From contig JANJGN010000323.1 of the NCBI GenBank assembly GCA_026770705.1, forward strand, positions 62,001-126,000: a stretch of DNA of 64,000 nt. Reading direction: 5' to 3'. The position numbers and the translations under genes are program-made. Positions 60,741-64,000 of the stretch are shown here, in pieces. This stretch comes from Isurus oxyrinchus. Taxonomy: Eukaryota. Each line of letters opens with the position of its first letter. Position 1 is the first letter of the stretch. The notes beneath the pieces were generated by a model. It did not search any database and was not told the origin of the DNA. It saw only the letters and a program-made list of their open reading frames with translations.

Positions 60741-63700
60741 AAGCAATTAAAATGCCCTGACATTTCTGTACATTTTTATCAAATTAAATACGTACTCTAG
60801 TGAATAATTCCATTCTCCAAGGCACCACTTCCTGTTGTCACATGTCCTTCTGATTATTTAAATTCCTGTGTCATTGGTAATGGAACATTCCCATGTAAAC
60901 ATGTCACACTGTAATTACAGCCTCCTACCAGTGGTGGTGCTTTAGTGTCCTAGTTTTGCTTCTCAGAGACTGGAGGAGCTGGAAACGTTGTGTTTACAAT
61001 ATAAGTAACACTCAGGAGTGACCAGGGGGATTCTTTTGGCCAAGTCTACGATGTTGCTAAGATACAATGGCCCCGTAGGATTTTTCCTACTGCGTTTACA
61101 AGGTTGAATTGAAGAGATTTTTGAAGTGTCTGGCACAGTTTTATTAAGGTCCCCTCACACCCAATCTGGAGTCACTGGGTTCAGTTCTGGGTCCGGCACC
61201 TCAGGGAGGATATATTGTCCTCGGAGGGGGTGCTGTGCAGAGTCACCAGAACGATCCCGGGGCTGAAAGGGTTAAATCCCGAGGACAGGTTGCACAGACC
61301 AGGCTTGTGTTCCCTCGAGTCTCGAAGATTAAGGGGTGATCTAATCGAGGTGTTTAAGATGAGCCGTCTCTGTGACCTGCTTCAACCCTGTGAGTCAGCA
61401 ATGACAACATGAGTTGATGTTAGCCTGATATGTAGTGCATGGAGGGATATTACTCTCCAGGGTGTGTGTGCATCACAGTGCTCATTCACATGTGTTCCAT
61501 GTGCACCTACATCAGCTGTGTAGACATACAAGCCTCAATGCTGCATCCGGGGAATGTGCCATGTCTCACACCTTAGCTGCAGCACGACCCTTCCCTTGGA
61601 GCTCTGTGTGCTCGAGACATATTTTGTTATTTTTTCCTGCCGTCTCTGTGTCCTCCGACCCGGGAGTGAAAATCCGGCCTTAACTTCCACTTTCTAGTGT
61701 CTGAGACAAGAGGCAATGAGTGAGTGGGCTGACGGTCAGGATTAATGCTGTTAATCTGTGTTTGAGGGGCTGTGAATTCTCGGGGGACTAGTTACTCTCT
61801 GAGCTGCAGCTTCCAAATCCTTATTTGATGCCGTGCATGTGGGGTTGGAAGATTTTTTTTAAAACCACAGGCAGTTCACAGAAACCCACAGGAAACCCAC
61901 AGAGAGACAGTCACTGAGAAAGTCACTCACTCCTTGTGGTTTCACCTTTTAACCACATCCTGTCTGTGTGGCTTAAATGTTAAACACAGTGGCCAGACTC
62001 AAGGAGGTTTCACTCTGTNNNNNNNNNNNNNNNNNNNNNNNNNNNNNNNNNNNNNNNNNNNNNNNNNNNNNNNNNNNNNNNNNNNNNNNNNNNNNNNNNN
62101 NNNNNNNNNNNNNNNNNNNNNNNNNNNNNNNNNNNNNNNNNNNNNNNNNNNNNNNNNNNNNNNNNNNNNNNNNNNNNNNNNNNNNNNNNNNNNNNNNNNN
62201 NNNNNNNNNNNNNNNNNNNNNNNNNNNNNNNNNNNNNNNNNNNNNNNNNNNNNNNNNNNNNNNNNNNNNNNNCAGACAGACACAAACACACACATTCACA
62301 CACACACACACACATTCACTCACACACACACATTCACTCACACACTCACTCACACACACAAACACACACACAAAGACAATATCCCAATGACAACAAACTG
62401 CGATTAAGAGCTTCCTACAACTTAACTAAGAGACCAAAGACATATTGAACTGTCTAAAAGTGACCTGTTTTTCAAAGAAATACAAGATTGTACACAGATC
62501 AAAAATGGCTGACACAAGTCACCTGATTGCTGATACTGTGAAGTTGATCACTTCTCTGGAAAGGTTCAAATGAATTGCACTGCAGACCTGTTGCATGGAA
62601 GTTCACGCCTGGGGTGTGTCAGGGTCCACTTCAAATAGAGACACTCTTAAAAGGAAGGCATTAAAATGCAAAGTGCTGGACTTTGATCAGCTGTAGTTCA
62701 ATCAAAACATTGGGAACTGCTCACCAAGCAGATAATCATCAACCATTCAAAACCCCCTGTGGAAGATACAATACCCCCGTCTCCTGTTGATTTATATCTT
62801 GAAATGCATCAAAGGTTTCAGAGATGCAAAGATAAAAAAATGGGAATACTAGGTCTATAACAATGAATGCAAAACATGCTGATCGAATTGACTTCAGGGA
62901 TATACAGACAGGAGTTTAACAAATGGTTCTGCCAAGCAGATATAAGAGAAAGGAGGGGAAAAAGAAATATGGCAGTCTTCCACAAACACTGCTGGAAAAG
63001 AGCAGAAATGATTTCTCCCTCTCTATCTCTCTGTCTGAAGCTAACAGAATGTCTTCAACAATGTGCAAGTCTGAGCCAGATAAAATACAGGAATCTACAG
63101 AAAACCAACTAATTTAAAACAGCTTCAAACTTCACAGCCTACGTTGTAGTACAAGCAAACGACTCTTTTAATTTTTTATTGGACTCTATAATTATNNNNN
63201 NNNNNNNNNNNNNNNNNNNNNNNNNNNNNNNNNNNNNNNNNNNNNNNNNNNNNNNNNNNNNNNNNNNNNNNNNNNNNNNNNNNNNNNNNNNNNNNNNNNN
63301 NNNNNNNNNNNNNNNNNNNNNNNNNNNNNNNNNNNNNNNNNNNNNNNNNNCTGTGTGTGTGCATTTGTCTGTCNNNNNNNNNNNNNNNNNNNNNNNNNNN
63401 NNNNNNNNNNNNNNNNNNNNNNNNNNNNNNNNNNNNNNNNNNNNNNNNNNNNNNNNNNNNNNNNNNNNNNNNNNNNNNNNNNNNNNNNNNNNNNNNNNNN
63501 NNNNNNNNNNNNATTATTTTTCCTCCAGTTAGGTAACTAATAAACTTACTCTTTCTTTGACTCCACCAAACGTGGTTTAATTGGTTCATTCTTAACAATC
63601 AAAGAGACTTGCTTTGGAAATTGCATTTGGGGGAAAATATATTTTAAACCCTTTTTTTCAACCAACCATAATTACCTCTTAAACATCTTAATCTCATTAC

Positions 63701-64000
63701 TACTGAATTCAAAGCCCACATCTCAAAACATACAAGTTGGAAATTAGTTGTGACAGTTGTTTCAAGTTTCCCTCCAGGGTTTGAACAGCTCAGCATTTAC
63801 CATCTGTTATGTCATAACAGAGCTTCCTTCAACTTAACCAACGAGCCAAAAACGTATTGAACTGTTTAAAGGAGACCTGTTTTTCAAAAGTACAAGATTA
63901 GGCATTGATCAAAAATGGCTGTCACGAGTCACCTGATTGCTGATACTGCAAACTTGATCACTTCTCTGGACAGCTTCAAATGAATTGCACTAAAGACATG

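Noticed and set aside
62395-64000. Direct repeat (about 62405-62590 versus 63820-64000) as a novel element
   Set aside because: Looks like LTR-like repeat fragments among several gaps; too fragmented to interpret.

Overview
Eukaryotic, repeat-rich vertebrate DNA, most likely from a shark (inferred from the CR1/HER1-type LINEs, Penelope-like elements and the 33-bp GAGGGAGTGCTGCACTGTC satellites). The window holds a cluster of multi-exon Siglec (sialic-acid-binding Ig-like lectin, MAG/CD33-like) genes arranged as a large inverted duplication: <-D (only its 5' end is in the window), <-A (4406-18964, minus), a satellite-filled spacer, B-> (26601-37656) and C-> (42013-58475). A, B and C share the signal, TM and cytoplasmic exons but differ in ectodomain. 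A has three V-set exons (one frameshifted) plus 3 C2 exons. B has two V exons (one frameshifted, one with a replaced acceptor) plus 2 C2. C has one V, one C2 and an array of at least 7 near-identical C2 exons. All six V exons keep the essential sialic-acid-binding Arg (GPYFFRIE), and their variation clusters in three loop patches. The downstream V exons form a distinct class with a linker-like start and an extra BC-loop Cys, suggesting tandem multi-V Siglecs. C has an intact ITIM plus ITSM and a third Tyr motif, while A and B have lost the ITIM through an apparent compensated frameshift. Exon boundaries were read by eye from GT-AG sites and phase, with no expression data. Most ORFs in the supplied track are repeat-derived noise.
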